DNA of 64,000 nt from Scyliorhinus canicula (lineage: Eukaryota). The translations under genes were made by a program, and so were the position numbers. This document shows positions 24,972 to 38,774 of this stretch, piece by piece. Position 1 is the stretch's first letter; every line of letters starts with the position of its first letter. The stretch is from positions 65,077,097-65,141,096 of the forward strand of contig NC_052147.1 of assembly GCF_902713615.1 (NCBI RefSeq), given 5' to 3'. The notes under the pieces were generated by a model, which saw only the letters and a list, made by a program, of their open reading frames with translations, was not told the DNA's origin and did not search any database.

Positions 24972-25199
24972 CAGGGATCAAGGGTTCTACAGAACATAGA
25001 GAAACTGGGATTCTCCTGCTTAATTAGACAAAGGCATGATTTTACAAAGATGCCCAAAATTACAATGGATTTTGGTGGATAGAATTGAAAGTATTTCCAC
25101 TGACCGATAAGTTGACACCAAAAGGTTTAGACAGTTGCCAAATGAACCACAGGGGAGGAGAGATTTGTTTGCACAGTTACTTAGTTTGTTATCAAACTT

Positions 25200-25718
25200 G
25201 CCACTTCTGCCTCGAGTGGGGCGATCTGATTGCTCTGGTCCATTGCCACTCTCTCCAGGCCCCACACTCCTGAGTCTCCTATGTCCGCTCGTTTTTTTCC
25301 AGAGCTTCTTTAAAGGGGCCAAAGTGATTTATATGGCTGACATGACATTCTCCTTATTAGAGTCCCTGTGTTTTTTAAAGCTTTGTTGAAAGAAGCTCCA
25401 TCCAATGATCCATCGGTGGTTGGTCTGGCGAACGCTTTGGCGATCCCACTCAGAGTGCCATGCTCTGCTTCGCTCCACTTGTCTCCACGCTCCAGATATC
25501 TGGATCTTCCTCTCCCAAATTTTACGCTTGCTATTTTTCCGGCTCCCTGGCTGGTTTGGAGGCATTTCCTTGGATGGTTGTTACTTTAGGGTGAGGGTGG
25601 GGCTTTTTCTTTGCTATTTTGATGTCCAATTTATGGGTTAAAAGGGTCTAAATTGAAGTTCCCAGGGGAGAGCCACCTTTCATACAACCGCTCAGCACAT
25701 CGCCCCCACCGGAAGTCG
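25200..25718 (-). mobile_element. Probable L1-clade LINE 5' end / ORF1 remnant
   Basis: Begins GACTTCCGGTGG.. and is followed by a basic, coiled-coil-like decayed ORF. Confidence 0.45.
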
Positions 25719-25760
25719 CTATCCACCAAAATGATGTGCGGCCTCCTTAATGCCCATTAG

Positions 25761-26485
25761 CATAAGAACTAGGAGCAGGAGTAGGCCATCTGGCCCCTCG
25801 AGCCTGCTCCGCCATTCAATTAGATCATGGCTGATCTTTTGTGGACTCAGCTCCACTTTCCGGCCCGAACACCATAACCCTTAATCCCTTATTCTTCAAA
25901 AAACTATCTATCTTTACCTTAAAAACATGTAATGAAGGAGCCTCAACTGCTTCACTGGGCAAGGAATTCCATAGATTCACAACCCTTTGGGTGAAGAAGT
26001 TCCTCCTAAACTCAGTCCTAAATCTACTTCCCCTTATTTTGAGGCCATGTCCCCTAGTTCTGCTGTCACCCGCCAGTGGAAACAACCTGCCCGCATCTAT
26101 CCTATCTATTCCCTTCATAATTTTAAATGTTTCTATAAGATCCCCCCTCATCCTTCTAAATTCCAACGAGTACAGTCCCAGTCTACTCAACCTCTCCTCA
26201 TAATCCAATCCCTTCAGCTCTGGGATTAACCTAGTGAATCTCCTCTGCACACCCTCCAGCGCCAGTACGTCCTTTCTCAAGTAAGGAGACCAAAACTGAA
26301 CACAATACTCCAGGTGTGGCCGCACTAACACCTTATACAATTGCAACATAACCTCCCTAGTCTTAAACTCCATCCCTCTAGCAATGAAGGACAAAATTCC
26401 ATTTGCCTTCTTAATCACCTGTTGCACTTGTAAACCAACCTTCTGTGACTCATGCACTAGCACACCCAAGTCTCTCTGAACAGCA
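25761..26485 (-). mobile_element. Young CR1 LINE 3' end with an open ORF2 C-terminus
   Basis: [47 protein letters not shown]. Confidence 0.93.
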
Positions 26486-26554
26486 GGCAAGTAGTTGCAA
26501 GGCAAGTAGTCCACCTTGCAGTCATTCTTGGCGTAATCAAACGTCAACTCCTGA

Positions 26555-27303
26555 TCCAGTAAATGGCAGAATCCTTAGGAGCATTGACATACAGAGGGAT
26601 GTCTGGGCGTCCAGGTCCATAGTTCCATGAAAGTGGCAATGTAGGTGGTTAAGGTGGTCAAAAGGGCATGCGGTATGCTTGCCTTCATTGGCCAGGGCAT
26701 TGAGTACTGGAGCTAGCAGGTCATGTTACTGTTGTATAAAACTTTAGTTAGGCTACATTTGTAATATTGCATGCAGTTCTGGATTCCACACTACCAGAAG
26801 GACATTGATGCTTTGGAGAGAGTGCAAAGAAGGTTTACAAGGATGTTGCCCGGAGGGTGTTAGCTATGAGGAGAGGGTGAATAAACTTGGATTGTTTTCA
26901 TTGGAAAGGTGGAGGCTGAGGAAAGACCTGGCTGAGGTCTACAAAATTACAAGAGGTATAGACAGGGTGAGTCAGAAGCTTTTTCCCAGGGTGGAAATCA
27001 CAATTACAAGGGGGCACAGGTTCAAGGTGAGGGCGGGGGGGGGGGAGAGAAGCTTAGGGGAGATGTGCGGGGAACATTTTCACTCAGATGGTGGTGGTGC
27101 CTGGAATGTGTTGCCAGTGAAGGTGGTGGAGGCAGGCACCAGAGTAATGGTTAAGATGTATTTTGATAGACACATGAACGGGCAGGGAATGGAGAGGTAC
27201 AGATCGTGTGGGCAATAAGTAGTAAGTCTAAATAAGGATGTGGATCGGCGCAGTCTTGGTGGGCTGAAGGGCCTGTTCCTGTGCTGTAATGTTCTTTGTT
27301 CTT
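26555..27303 (+). mobile_element. CR1/HER1 LINE 3' fragment
   Basis: SYEERVNKLGLFSLERWRLR followed by the tail. Confidence 0.85.
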
Positions 27304-27860
27304 TATAATCTGAAATGCACCGTATTTGAAGCACATTCAATGGTAACGTTCCAAGAGGAATTGGATAAGTGTTTAAAAGGAAACATTTGCAGGGCAATGG
27401 GGATAAAGCAAAGGGGTGGAGCTAATTGGAAAGTTCTTTCTAAGTGCTGCCACAAGTGCCAGGACCAATCCCCTGTGCTATAAAATTCCACAATTTTACC
27501 TGCACGTGTTAGATAACATCTCCCAGATGCTCTTTGTGATTAGCATCTTTCTCCCTGTGAGACTTGATCGGAATGCAGCCTTAGAACTTCGGTGAGGTCA
27601 GATGAGATCATCTGCACTTCTTTTAATGGGTGAACCTGGTGTTTGTGGAAAGTAAAGTCTGCCATACGTGAAGTTGTTCCTTGTGGTGGGGCAGGTTGAT
27701 CTCTGCTGACTTGTAGTCATGGCAATGAACTGGTGTAACCATTTGCACCTGTCATTAATTTGTGTTTCCCACTTTCATGATTTATGTTGAGATGCTTTCT
27801 TTTGACATTAACCTTGAATCTGAGCTTTGGGTGACCTGGGCTCTTGGTATGGACTAGAAT

Positions 27861-28137
27861 CACCGACCCTCCAAAAGAGGTTCTGACCTGGATCCACTCC
27901 CCCGCCCTATCGCCGTAACCCCACCTAACCTTTGGACACTAATGGGCAACTTAACATGGCCAATCCACCTAACCTGCACACCCTTGGACTGTGGGAGGAA
28001 ACCAGAGCACCCGGAGGAAACCCACGCACACACGGGGAGAACGTGCAGACTCCACACAGTCACCCAAGGTCGGAATTGAACCTGGGTCCCTGGCGCTGTG
28101 AGACAGCAGTGCTAACCACTGTGCCACCGTGCTGCTC
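27861..28137 (-). mobile_element. HE1-type V-SINE
   Basis: Head and V-domain. Confidence 0.85.
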
Positions 28138-29116
28138 GGTATAGCTTATCTTTGAGGATGTGACCAAATTCCTTCCTGTCCACTGCCCAAGCCTGCAAAG
28201 CCGCCTTTGCTTAATTAGCAGCATTCTTGGCATGTTTGCTCTTTGCTTCATTGCTAACTTCCTGCTTCCATGTGATGTTGAGGATGCTTCACAGATACCA
28301 GCAATGCACATTATTGAGCCTTTTATGCATGCTCTTTGTGACCAATTAGAATTTATGTTGCTACCATTAGCAACAGCCTAACCTGAATCATTCAATAACA
28401 TTAACTGCCAGGTTTCTTGTCACTTTTGCCCATTTCCGCAAATAGAAAAGCTGCTTCCTTCCCTGAGCTCAGCAGAATTGCATTGTTCCCGAAGACCCCA
28501 CCTCCGCTCCATATCCTCATCGGCAGGAAACAATTCCTGACTCTCTTTTTTTCTACCACATGCCAGCTGCTCTCAATATGTCTTCTGGGACTGCAGGCAG
28601 GTCAACATGTGTTTCAGGCAACCTTTCATGGTGATGGGATGACTTTTCACTCATTCTATCCAGCATGAGTAAAGTGCTCACGGTTACAGATTTTTGTAAA
28701 GAAGTTTTAATAATTAATTTCAAACGGGACCAACTGGGAGGACATGTCGGCCTGACAGCCTTTTGTTGTAGATTTGCCAATGAGCGCAGAGTTGCAGAGG
28801 AAGACATTTTGTTCAAGGTTTTCTGGAGAGGTGAGGGCTGGGGTGAACAGGATACGGAAATGTAGCTAATGTTTTCAAGCATTGGAAACGTGTGAAGGGC
28901 TCATTAGAAGAAAAAAATATATATATTTACTACTGTGTACCTTATACCATAATACCAACTGTGCAAATTGATGGTGTTGTGGTACAATTATGCCACCATG
29001 TGGCTAGGTTAGGAAATGCAGGAAAAAGTGCAGAGGGTGAACAAAATAACTTTGTTCTTTTGAGATGAAATGCATTTCCAGCATAATTCCCCTCCTGCAA
29101 AATGAGTGTTCGGAGC

Positions 29117-29320
29117 TGGTTCGATTCCGGCCTTTGGTGGGTGACTGTGTGGAGTGTGCACTTTCTCCCGGTGTCTGCGTGGGTTTCCTCCGGATGCAGG
29201 TTAGGTGGAGTTACGGGGATAGGGCGGGAGAGTGGGCCTAGGTGGGGTGCCCTTTCAGTGGGTCGGTGCCTTTTCGATGGGCCGAATAACCTCCTTCTGC
29301 ACTGTGGGATTTCTATAGTT
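29117..29320 (+). mobile_element. HE1-type V-SINE, internally deleted
   Basis: B-box, partial V-domain and tail. Confidence 0.75.
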
Positions 29321-31924
29321 CTAAACAGCACATGTCACTTGTTCATGACCCAATGATTCTTCTATTTCTGGCAACAATTGTTGCAACAAATTGCACCTGT
29401 TTCGAACACTTTTTGTTAACACTGTCACCGGTGTTTCTCAATTATCATTCTTTTTCTTCACTTTTAAAAATAATTATGATCTTCCTTTCACCCTCATGTC
29501 TGTGTTCATAAATGCAACATTTCTAAGTGTGTGGAACAGAAATATCTCTCCTTCCTAGAATTTGTTTATTTATATGTTTTCCCACCATTTTCTGAGCAGG
29601 GAGTCCCCTGCTGGGATGGCACATGAGAAAAAGCTGTTCAGAAATCCCCATCGCCACCTCTCTTTAGGAAATTTGCCGAGTTCCATTATTACCTAATACA
29701 AAAACAAAATGTTATAAATGCTGGGGACCTGAAATAAAAACAGAAAATATTACCAATAAGGAAAAAGTAAGACACTGAAATGTTGAGGAACAAAGAGCCT
29801 TGGAATGTGTAGGATCCTGACAGAAGGAGGACCACCAATTTGATTAATGTATAACGGTTTATTAAGGTAATAACTATAGAACAGAGTGAGGTAAAAGACT
29901 ACCATGTTCGCAAGACTGCTAACTGAGAAAACGGCACTCAGCCCCCCCAGGGATCGCGCGCTATGGCCCCACTGGTTGATCAGATCACGCAACACTCCGA
30001 CTCGCTCCCTTAAAAGGGTGTGCTACCACAGAATGTATATCTATAGACCCTTAAGGGTTAAAAAGGCCTAAAGGACACAAGTCTTTATTAGCTGAGGCAT
30101 AGAATGTAAAAGCAAGGGAATTATGCTGGAACTGCAAACATTAGTTAGACCGCAGCTGGAGTCCCGTGTGCAAGTTCTGATCAATACACCACAGGAAAGA
30201 TGTGACTGCACCGGTGGGAATACACAGGAGATTTACAAGGATGTTGCCTGGACTGGAGAATGTTGGCTATAAAGAAAGCTTGGAAGGATGGGGCCATTAT
30301 CTTTGGAACAGTGGAGGGTGAGAGGTGGTTTAATAGGAGTTGTATAAAAATAGAGGGATAGAGAGTGGCAAGGAAAGACCTACTTCCATTAGGGAGGGGT
30401 CAATAACCAGGAGACATGAATTTAAAGCAATGGTAGAAGGATTAGGGAGGAGATGAGTAATGTTTTCACTCAGACGGCCTAAAGACTGGTCCAGACAGAA
30501 ACCCTGGTTGCATTTTAACAAGGATATGTGCTTCTAGCATTATAACCTACAAGGCTACAGACCAAAAGCAAGTGGGGTTACACGGAATAGCTCTATTTTG
30601 GCCAGTACGGACACAATGCCTCCTTCTGCACAATTATTTTTCTAATTATGTAGCACTACTGCAACAATCCACAGCTCAACCATGCTGTCTCATAGATCGA
30701 TGAAATTGTTCAACTTTGTTTATGAACTAAAATGATTTTGGCATTGAATATTTGCACACTATCAAAAAGCATGAAAGAAGGTTGCAGTGAATTCCAAGAT
30801 TTGTTTTACAGGCTTTAACTGGCTTCACTACATTTATTTTATACAGGTTGACCATCTCAGCAGCGTTCAAAAATATTCTTCCTTTCTCAAAACTTTTCTC
30901 CATTCGGCTGTTACTTTATAATTCAGTTACCTTCCTTTCTCTCTGGCTCACATTTTTTGTCCCTCTATCAACCTTTCTGTGTGACTCTCCTTCTCGCTGT
31001 ACCATCTTTTCCATGTCTCAATGTTCCTGCGGCTGTCACTGGTTACTTTGCTAATGTTGTCACTTTGTGAGTGTTATTTAACAGCCCTGAGTACGCATCA
31101 ATCTATGAAGCACCAATCTAGATGGTGTCATCTAGAAGGACAAGAGCAGCAGATACTTGGGAACCCCAGCACCTGGAGAGAGGTTCCCCCCCCCCCCCCC
31201 CCTCCTCCCCCCCCCTCCTCCCCCCCTCACCCCCCCCTCCCTCCTAGTCACTCACCACCCTGACTTGGAAATATATCGCTGTTCCTTTACTGTCGCTGGG
31301 GCAATATCCTGCAACTCCCTCCCTAACAGCACAGTGGGTGTACCTACACCTCGGGAACTGCAGTGGTTCAAGATGGCAACTCACCACCACCTTCTGAAGG
31401 GCAGCTAGGGATGGACAGTAAGTGCTGGCCTAACCAGCGACGCCCCCATCCTGTAAACTACTTTTTAAAAAGATGGCATTTATATTTACCAGCCGGAGGG
31501 AGGACAGGTATCTATGATTCTATCTAGGGACTGGTGCTGACGCATGAGCAGATAAGAGGAGAATTGGGGATGGGTGTCTGAAAGAAAGGGGAGTGGTGGG
31601 AGTCTAGGGTAGGTGCTGAATTATTTTGGCCTTTTTGATACTGTTATACTTTACTTGAAGACTAAAATACATGTACTGATGAGCAGTCATCTCCCTGAAA
31701 CATTGTGTTAGATCTTCCAGTATGGGAAGTGGCGACACATTGAGTTGCTCTTGCACGCCAGGATCCTGGCAAAGTCTTCATCCATGCATTGCACGCAGGA
31801 CCACCACTGATCAGGAGGTCTGGCCCATTAATTGCTTTTCTCTCGTCACATGCTCCCTGACCTATATTTTAGCATTTTCTGTTTTTAATTTCAGATTTCC
31901 AGCATATTTATTCTTTTCATGGTT

Positions 31925-32212
31925 GGGCGGCACAGTGGTTAGCACTACTGCCTGACAGCAGCAGGGACCCGGGTTCAATTCTGACTTTGGGTGACTGTCT
32001 GTGTGGAGTTTGCACTCACTCCCCATGTCCGTGCGGGTTTCCTCCGGTTTCCTCCTATAGTCTAAAGATGTGCTGGTTAGGGGGATCGGCCGTGCTAAAT
32101 TGCCCCTTAGCGTGGGGTTGCAAGAATACGATAGAGGATTGGGTGGTCTTTCAAAGGGTCGGTGCAGACTCGATGGGCTGAATGGCCTCCTTCTGCACTG
32201 TAGGGATTCTAT
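31925..32212 (+). mobile_element. HE1-type V-SINE
   Basis: Head, V-domain and tail. Confidence 0.85.
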
Positions 32213-32214
32213 GT

Positions 32215-34165
32215 TTGCGGGCATTGCTGGCTAGACCAGCATTTATTACCCATCCGTAATTGCCCTTGTGAAGGTGATGGTGAGTTGCCACCTTGAACTG
32301 CTGCAGTCCGTGTGGTTTAGGAACACCCACAGTGCTGTCAGGGAGGGAGTTCCAGGATTTTGACCCAGCAACAGAGGAGGAATGGCCATATAGTTAGAAG
32401 GATGGTGTGTGGCTTGGAGGGGAACTTTGCAGATAGTGGTATTCCACTGTATCTGTCGCCCTTGTCCTTTTAGGCGTTAGAAGTTGCAGGTTTGGAAGGT
32501 GCTGTTGAAGGAACCTTGATCAGTTGCTGCAGTGCATCTTGTAGATGGTACACACTGCTGTCACCTTTCATATGTGGTGGAGAGGGTGAATATTTAGTGT
32601 GTTGGACTAAATGTTTATGATGGTGGATGGGGTGCCAATCAAGTAGGCTGCCTTGTCTTGCATGATGTCAAGATTCTTGTGTTGTTGGAGCTGCACTCAT
32701 CCAAGCAAGTGGAGAGTATTTCATCACATTGCTGACTTGTGCCTTGTAGATGGTGGACATGCTTTGGGGAATCAGGAAGTGAGTTACTCTCCTTCCACTT
32801 GTAGGCACAATATTTACATCCGTCTCTGGCCAATGCTAATCTGAACAATGTTGGTAGAGGAAGATTCAGCAATGATAATGCAACTGAATGTCAATGTTGT
32901 TGGAGATAGGCCTTGCCTAGGACTTGTGTGGCACGAATCATACTTTCTACTTATCAGCCCACGGTCGAGGTCTTGTTCCTTATGGGCACGGACTACTTCA
33001 GTATCCGAGACGTCACAAATGGCACTGAATATTCAATCATCAGTGAACATGCTCACTTAATAATAATAATCTTCATTTTTACAAGTAGGCTTACATAAAC
33101 ACTGCAATGAAGTTACTGTGAAAAGCCCCTAGTCGCCACATTCCGGTGTCTGTTCGGGTACAGAGGGAGAATTCAGAATGTCCAAATTACCTAATAGCAC
33201 GTCTTTCGGGACTTGTGGGAGGAAACCGGAGCACCCAGAGGAAATGCACGCAGACACAGGGAGAATGTGCAGACACCACCCAGTCAGTGACCCAAGCCGG
33301 GAAGCAAACCTGGGACCCTGGAGCTGTGAAGCAACAGTGCTAACCAGTGTGTTACCTTCTGACCTATTATGGAGGGAAGGTCATTGAGGAAGCAGCTGAA
33401 TATGGTTTGGCCTCAGACATTACTCTGAAGAACTTCAACAACAATGTCCAGGTACTGAAAATGATCATTGCAATAAGACCGGGACAATATTGAGGCTTGG
33501 GTTGATCATTCGCAGAACGCAAGTGCTAGGGAATGACCATTTCCAACAAAAGAGAATCTAACCATCCCCTCCCTTTACATTCAATGGTATTATCATTGCT
33601 GAATCCTCCTCTATCAACATCTTTGGGATTACCATTGACCAGAAACTGAACTGGACTAGCCATATTAAAACTGTGGCTGCAAGAGCGGGTCCGAGGCTGG
33701 GAGTTCTGCAGTGAGTAAACTCACCTCCTCCAAAGATCTAGTCAGGGAGTGCGATGGAATACTCTCCACTTGCTGGATGACTGCAACACTCCAGGAGCTT
33801 AACACTATCCAGGACAAAACAACCCACTTCATCGGCAGCAGTGTGCATCATATACAAGACGCACCATAGCAGCTCACCAAGTGTCCTTTGGCAGCACCTT
33901 CTAAAACTACAATTTCTGCCACTGATAAAGAGAGCAAACATATAGGAACATCATCACCTGGAAGTTCATCTTCAAGCCTCAGATCAACCTGACTTTGAAT
34001 TATATCGCCATTCCTTCATTATCGCTAGACTAAAAACCTGGGTCATTCTTCCTTCGAGCACTGTGGGTACTCGCGATACATGGATTGCAGCATGTTTACC
34101 ACACCTTTCTCAAGTGCAATTAAGCATGGGCACAAAATGGTGATCTTACCAGTGACTCTTATATC
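32215..34165. mobile_element. Two head-to-head CR1-clade LINE 3' fragments, with a SINE at 33057-33352
   Basis: Same family as 31050-31460; minus-strand piece to about 33470, plus-strand piece after it. Confidence 0.6.
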
Positions 34166-35859
34166 GTAGAATCCCTGCAGTGCAGAAGGAGGCCATTCGC
34201 CCCGAATCTACACTGACCCTCTGAAAGATTAGCCCACCTTGGACCCCTCCTCATCCCAGAACCCCACCTAACCTTCAGACACTTGGGGGCAATTTGGCAT
34301 AGCCAGTCCACCTAACCTGCACATCTTTGGACTGTGGAGGAAAACCAGAGGAAACCCACGTAGACATGGGAAGAAACGTATAAATTTCACACCTACGGTG
34401 ACCCAAAGCTGTAAATTTCAATAGTAGATTTTGCTGATGGTAGGGAGGGAATGAAAAAAAAAAGGAATCATCAGCTGTACTAAATCAATTAGATAATTAC
34501 AGATTGTTATTTGAATAAAATGTATACCTCGGCACAAAATTTCACGGAATACGTTTTTATATTTCTATAGATCCCGTACTGGCCTCCCCGAACAGGTGCT
34601 GGAATGTGGCGACTAGGGGCTTTTCACAGTAACTTCAATGAAGCCTACTCGTGACAATAAGCGATTATTATTATTATTATAGCAACCTTTCCCCCATGAT
34701 TCATTGACAATATTGAGAGTGAACATTAAATATTTTTAAAATTAAACTTTAATAATAACAGAACAAGGAACGTATCAGCATACACAAATAACTTTCATGG
34801 TTTGACACCATACAATAAATATTCAGCAATTTGGGAAATAAATATATTTGCACCTTTTCCTTCAAATATAAAGCAACATTAAAATACAAGATACTTTATT
34901 TCTGATTTGTTTACAAAATATTTTTCACAAGCATTAGCTAATTCTGAAGGACACATTTATGCTCGGTTTAAAATGCTACACAGGTGATGGTTTTGTGCCT
35001 TTTTTTACCCCTATTTTGGAAAGGCAATTGAGGAATGAAATACTGCAAAGCTTCAATATTTAAGACATTAAACCAATAAATATTAGGCCACCAGGACATT
35101 TTCAAATGTGAAAACAATAAATTCCAAGGTACTGGCTTTGTAAAGCAGTTTTTGTGTGTTCATTGTATTTTCATTAGAACGGTTATAAAATGTAACACGA
35201 GCTTGATGTAAATTTTACTGCTGGTGAGTTCGACATGTTTGGCATCAGCTTTTCCAATTCAATGTCAGCAGATAAGGCTCAAATTACATGGTTTTCAATT
35301 GATATATGTCCGACAGACCAGTTTAAAAGAAATAAACACTTTCTTCTATTGCTTTGGCACTTTGCACGCAAGTATTTCATTTTGACACATTTGTAAGTGT
35401 GCCCCCTAGAGTTGCTTATCAAGTTGTCAAAGTGCGAGCAGAATATATCTACATTGCGTGATACAGTGTTAACTGACTCCAGCAGTCTCTGTCCTGGCTT
35501 TCTCATTCATTTTCCTTCCTCTCCTTCCAAGGTGTTGGCTTCCTGGTTCTATAGGTGGTGATCACCCTCTGAAACTTCACCTAGCTGGTTATCAATTATG
35601 TGTGAATTTCAATAGTAGAATTTGCCGACGGTAGGGAGGGAAGTGTGGGAGGCGAGGGGGGGGGGGGGGGGGGGGGGGGGGTGCAGGGTCTGCAAATCAT
35701 CACGACTGATCCTATCTTTGTTTGAACTCCACGTATGCAGCAGGGCTCCAAGGGTAACAATTAAGAGCTGTGTCTGATCCCTCTCTCGCTCTCTAATCAA
35801 CGGTTGCTGAGGCTAGACTTGGTGAACTTACTGTTTCAGCTACGATCAACAAACACAGA

Positions 35860-36175
35860 AAGTAGGCCGAAACACCAATGCAGCACTGAGGGCGTGCTGC
35901 ACTGCCAGCAGTGTTACCTTTCAGGTCCTGAGGCCCCTTCGGGTGGATGTGAAAAATCCATTGGCATTAATCTGAAGGAGAGTTTTACCTGATTTACCTG
36001 AACATCACTCAGCCAGCACCACCAGAATTAGATGACCAACTGATGTGCCGCGATGTTGTTAGTCTGACCTTACCCAGCACAAATTATCTGATGCAGTACT
36101 AACATACTTCAAAATTATTTAATTGGTTATGAAGTGCTTTGGGCTGTCCTAAGGTGCTATATAAATGTGAGTTTT
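35860..36175 (+). mobile_element. Deu-domain SINE remnant (SacSINE1/AmnSINE-like)
   Basis: CACTGAGGGCGTGCTGCACTG..GGTGGATGTGAAAAATCC and an L2-type GCTATATAAATG end. Confidence 0.55.
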
Positions 36176-36757
36176 ATTATTTAATTGAGTAAACAATGAA
36201 TCAAAGCTGGGACTTTGTGGGTCTGGATGCTGCAACAACTCATGGTGTTACTGCCAAACAGTAGACTGTTGCATTTACATCTTAATGACTTTATCATATG
36301 GTCTGGCAACTAGGGGCTTTTCACAGTAACTTCATTGCAGTGTTAATGTAAGCCTACTTGTGACAATAAAACATTATTATTATTATTAATAAAATACCAA
36401 AGAGAACAAATTATGTAATAACTGAATTGCACCTGAGGTCCAAAGATGTGCAGGTTACGTGGACTGCCCATGATAAATAGGCCAGGGGAGTGGGCCTAGG
36501 TGCTTTTTCAGAGGGTCAGTACAGACTCAATGGGTCGAATGGCCTCCTTTTCTGCACTGTTTCGAAGGATTCTAACTGCAAATAATCCGGTTGTCCTCTG
36601 AATTGGGGAAAGGGTATTTTTCTAGTGTTATTTATGTTCCATTATTAGATGGTATAACGTGCAATCTAGTTGCACTCAGCATTTCAGAACATTAACCAAG
36701 TGTTCCAATCTTAAGTCTAATTGTATTGAGTGCAGTAGATTTGAAAGGGTTTTCATT

Positions 36758-37253
36758 GGGGCGGCACGGTAGCACAGTGGTTAGCACTGCTGCCTCACAG
36801 CTCCAAGGTCCCAGGTTCTGGTTTCCTTTTGTCTACATTGTGTACCTTGTGTTTCCCTATTATGTATTTTCATTTATTTCCTTTTCTTTTCATGTACTTA
36901 ATGATCTGCTCACAGAAAAATACTTTTCACTGTACCTTGGTACACGTGACAATAAACAAAATCCAATCCGAGTCAATTCCGGCCTCGGGTGATTGTATGT
37001 CTGGAGTTTGCACTTTCTCCCCGTGTCTGCGTGGGTTTCTTCCGGAGGTGCTCCGGTTTCCTCCCACAGTCCAAAGATGTGCAAGTTAGGTGGATTAGCC
37101 ATGCTAAATTGCCTTTTCGTACCCAAAAGGTTAGGTGGGGTTACTGGGTTACGGGGATAGGGTGGAGGCGTGGCCTTAAGTGGGGTGCTCTTTGCAAGGG
37201 CTGGTGCAGACCCGATGGGCCGAATGGCTTCTTTCTGCACTGTAAATTCTATG
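36758..37253 (+). mobile_element. HE1-type V-SINE split by a LINE tail insertion (about 36820-36970)
   Basis: Head broken at the B-box; V-domain and tail resume after the insert. Confidence 0.82.
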
Positions 37254-37481
37254 ACGCTTCTGATTATTTTGCTGGTAACTGAACTTTTATTTTCTGCTTG
37301 ACAATTTAGTATTATATCACCTCAAGTCCAAATTCCAGTTTATTCTAATATAATCTATAACGGATTGTACCTAGGTTTGAATTAGAAACTATTTGCTACA
37401 GGTGTCTGTGCTTTCACGAAAGACTTTTGAAGTTAAACCTCCCCGTTGTGAATAATCTGCAGTGAGAGATTTGAATCCCAG

Positions 37482-38774
37482 TTAAAGGCTGGTATTGGCA
37501 GTCTCTGATTTGGGTACAGCAGGCTCAGACACAGTATCGGGTTGTCCATCCCTGCAGAAGAGCACAGCTGGGTTTTTACAGGCCCACATTGCAACGTCCC
37601 CATTTGCAGGGCTGGAAGTAGACATCTGGCTGCCGGAACCTTGTCGATTGACATAGCGATCCCTTATCTTGTCCACCCTGCTCCTGGCCTCGTGGCTCTG
37701 GCTGGACAAGTATGCGGTGATGTTTCTAGTCCTGTAGCCATCTTCCCTATTCCTCCCCAAAAGCATGGAGATGTTGGGGTTCCTCGTGGCGTAGATGAGT
37801 GGATTGAGGGCTCCGTTGGCCCAGGCCAGCCAGATGGCCACAGTGTCCATGATGGGGGTGAAATGGAAGTTGCCAGTGGCAGTGATGATTCCCATGACAC
37901 AATAGGGTCCCCAGCAGCAGATGATGAAGACGATCATGATCAGCACAGTTGTGGCCGTCCTCATCTCACTATAGAAGCGCAGTAGATGGGCGTAGGTGGT
38001 GACGGGACGGACCCGAATCTCTGACAGCCTCACTGTTTTACAGATGTTGTAGTGGCAAAAGCACATCAAAGAGAAAGGCAGAAGGTAGCAGATGACAATC
38101 AGGGTGATGCTGTAACGTGTGCCCATTCTGGAACTGCCCGAGTGGAAGATGTACATGCAGTGGTAGAAGCCCTTCTTGTGGACAACCAATGGACCATGGG
38201 CTTGTGTGATGAGATACCAGGGGAAAGAGAAAAGGGCTGCAGTCAGCCAGACAGCAACCAACAGCTGGGTGGCCCTACGTCGGCTAATCTTCTCCTGGGG
38301 CTGCCTGACGATTGCATAGTAACGATCAAAAGAGATGAGAGTCATGGTGAGAGTGGAGATGATCCCAAAGCAAGAGTTGAAGAAGCCGTTGGCGATGCAG
38401 AACTGGTCACCGAAGATCCAAATCCCCTCCTGGGTGAAGAGCATGATGAAGGAGAAGGGTACACACAGCAGGGCAGTCAGGAGATCAGACAGGGACAGGG
38501 ACATGATAAAGGCATTGGTCACTGTCCTCAGCTGCTGGTGTTTGATGATCATCACTATGACGGCTGAATTGCCCAGACAGGACAGCAGGAAAATGAGCAG
38601 GAGGATGAGAGCTTTGGAAGCCATGGCCATGCCATAGAGCAGGGAGTTAGGGTGAGGCTGGTCACTGGCTCGGTCCTGCTGAGCAGCCCCAGTTTGGTTG
38701 CTGGTGACTGTGGTGTCGGAGCCGTTGGCTTCTGTGAGATTGTATAACAGTGGAATCTTGGTGGAAAGATCCAT
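37482..38774 (-). CDS. GPR135: G protein-coupled receptor 135 (orphan class A GPCR), intronless CDS, 430 aa from the first in-frame ATG after an upstream UGA
   Basis: 7 hydrophobic segments; GN, LSLSD, DRY, CWGPY, NPLIY; GPR135-typical [10 protein letters not shown] and [15 protein letters not shown]; adjacent to L3HYPDH as in other vertebrates. Confidence 0.96.
   Translation of the reverse strand: MDLSTKIPLLYNLTEANGSDTTVTSNQTGAAQQDRASDQPHPNSLLYGMAMASKALILLLIFLLSCLGNSAVIVMIIKHQQLRTVTNAFIMSLSLSDLLTALLCVPFSFIMLFTQEGIWIFGDQFCIANGFFNSCFGIISTLTMTLISFDRYYAIVRQPQEKISRRRATQLLVAVWLTAALFSFPWYLITQAHGPLVVHKKGFYHCMYIFHSGSSRMGTRYSITLIVICYLLPFSLMCFCHYNICKTVRLSEIRVRPVTTYAHLLRFYSEMRTATTVLIMIVFIICCWGPYCVMGIITATGNFHFTPIMDTVAIWLAWANGALNPLIYATRNPNISMLLGRNREDGYRTRNITAYLSSQSHEARSRVDKIRDRYVNRQGSGSQMSTSSPANGDVAMWACKNPAVLFCRDGQPDTVSEPAVPKSETANTSL

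Noticed and set aside
24211-24981. 150-260 aa ORFs over GC-rich segments (also 2592-3212 and 41592-42380)
   Set aside because: They fall within MITEs, are open in several frames on both strands because of high GC, and have no protein motifs.
6990-37400. Exons of the expected upstream neighbour (DAAM1 in human synteny) or another host gene
   Set aside because: No ORF or exon with recognisable host-protein motifs was found; the region appears intergenic and TE-derived, though small exons could be missed.
37542-38637. Antisense ORFs over GPR135 (and 62222-62929 over L3HYPDH exon 1)
   Set aside because: Shadow ORFs of real coding sequence with no independent evidence.
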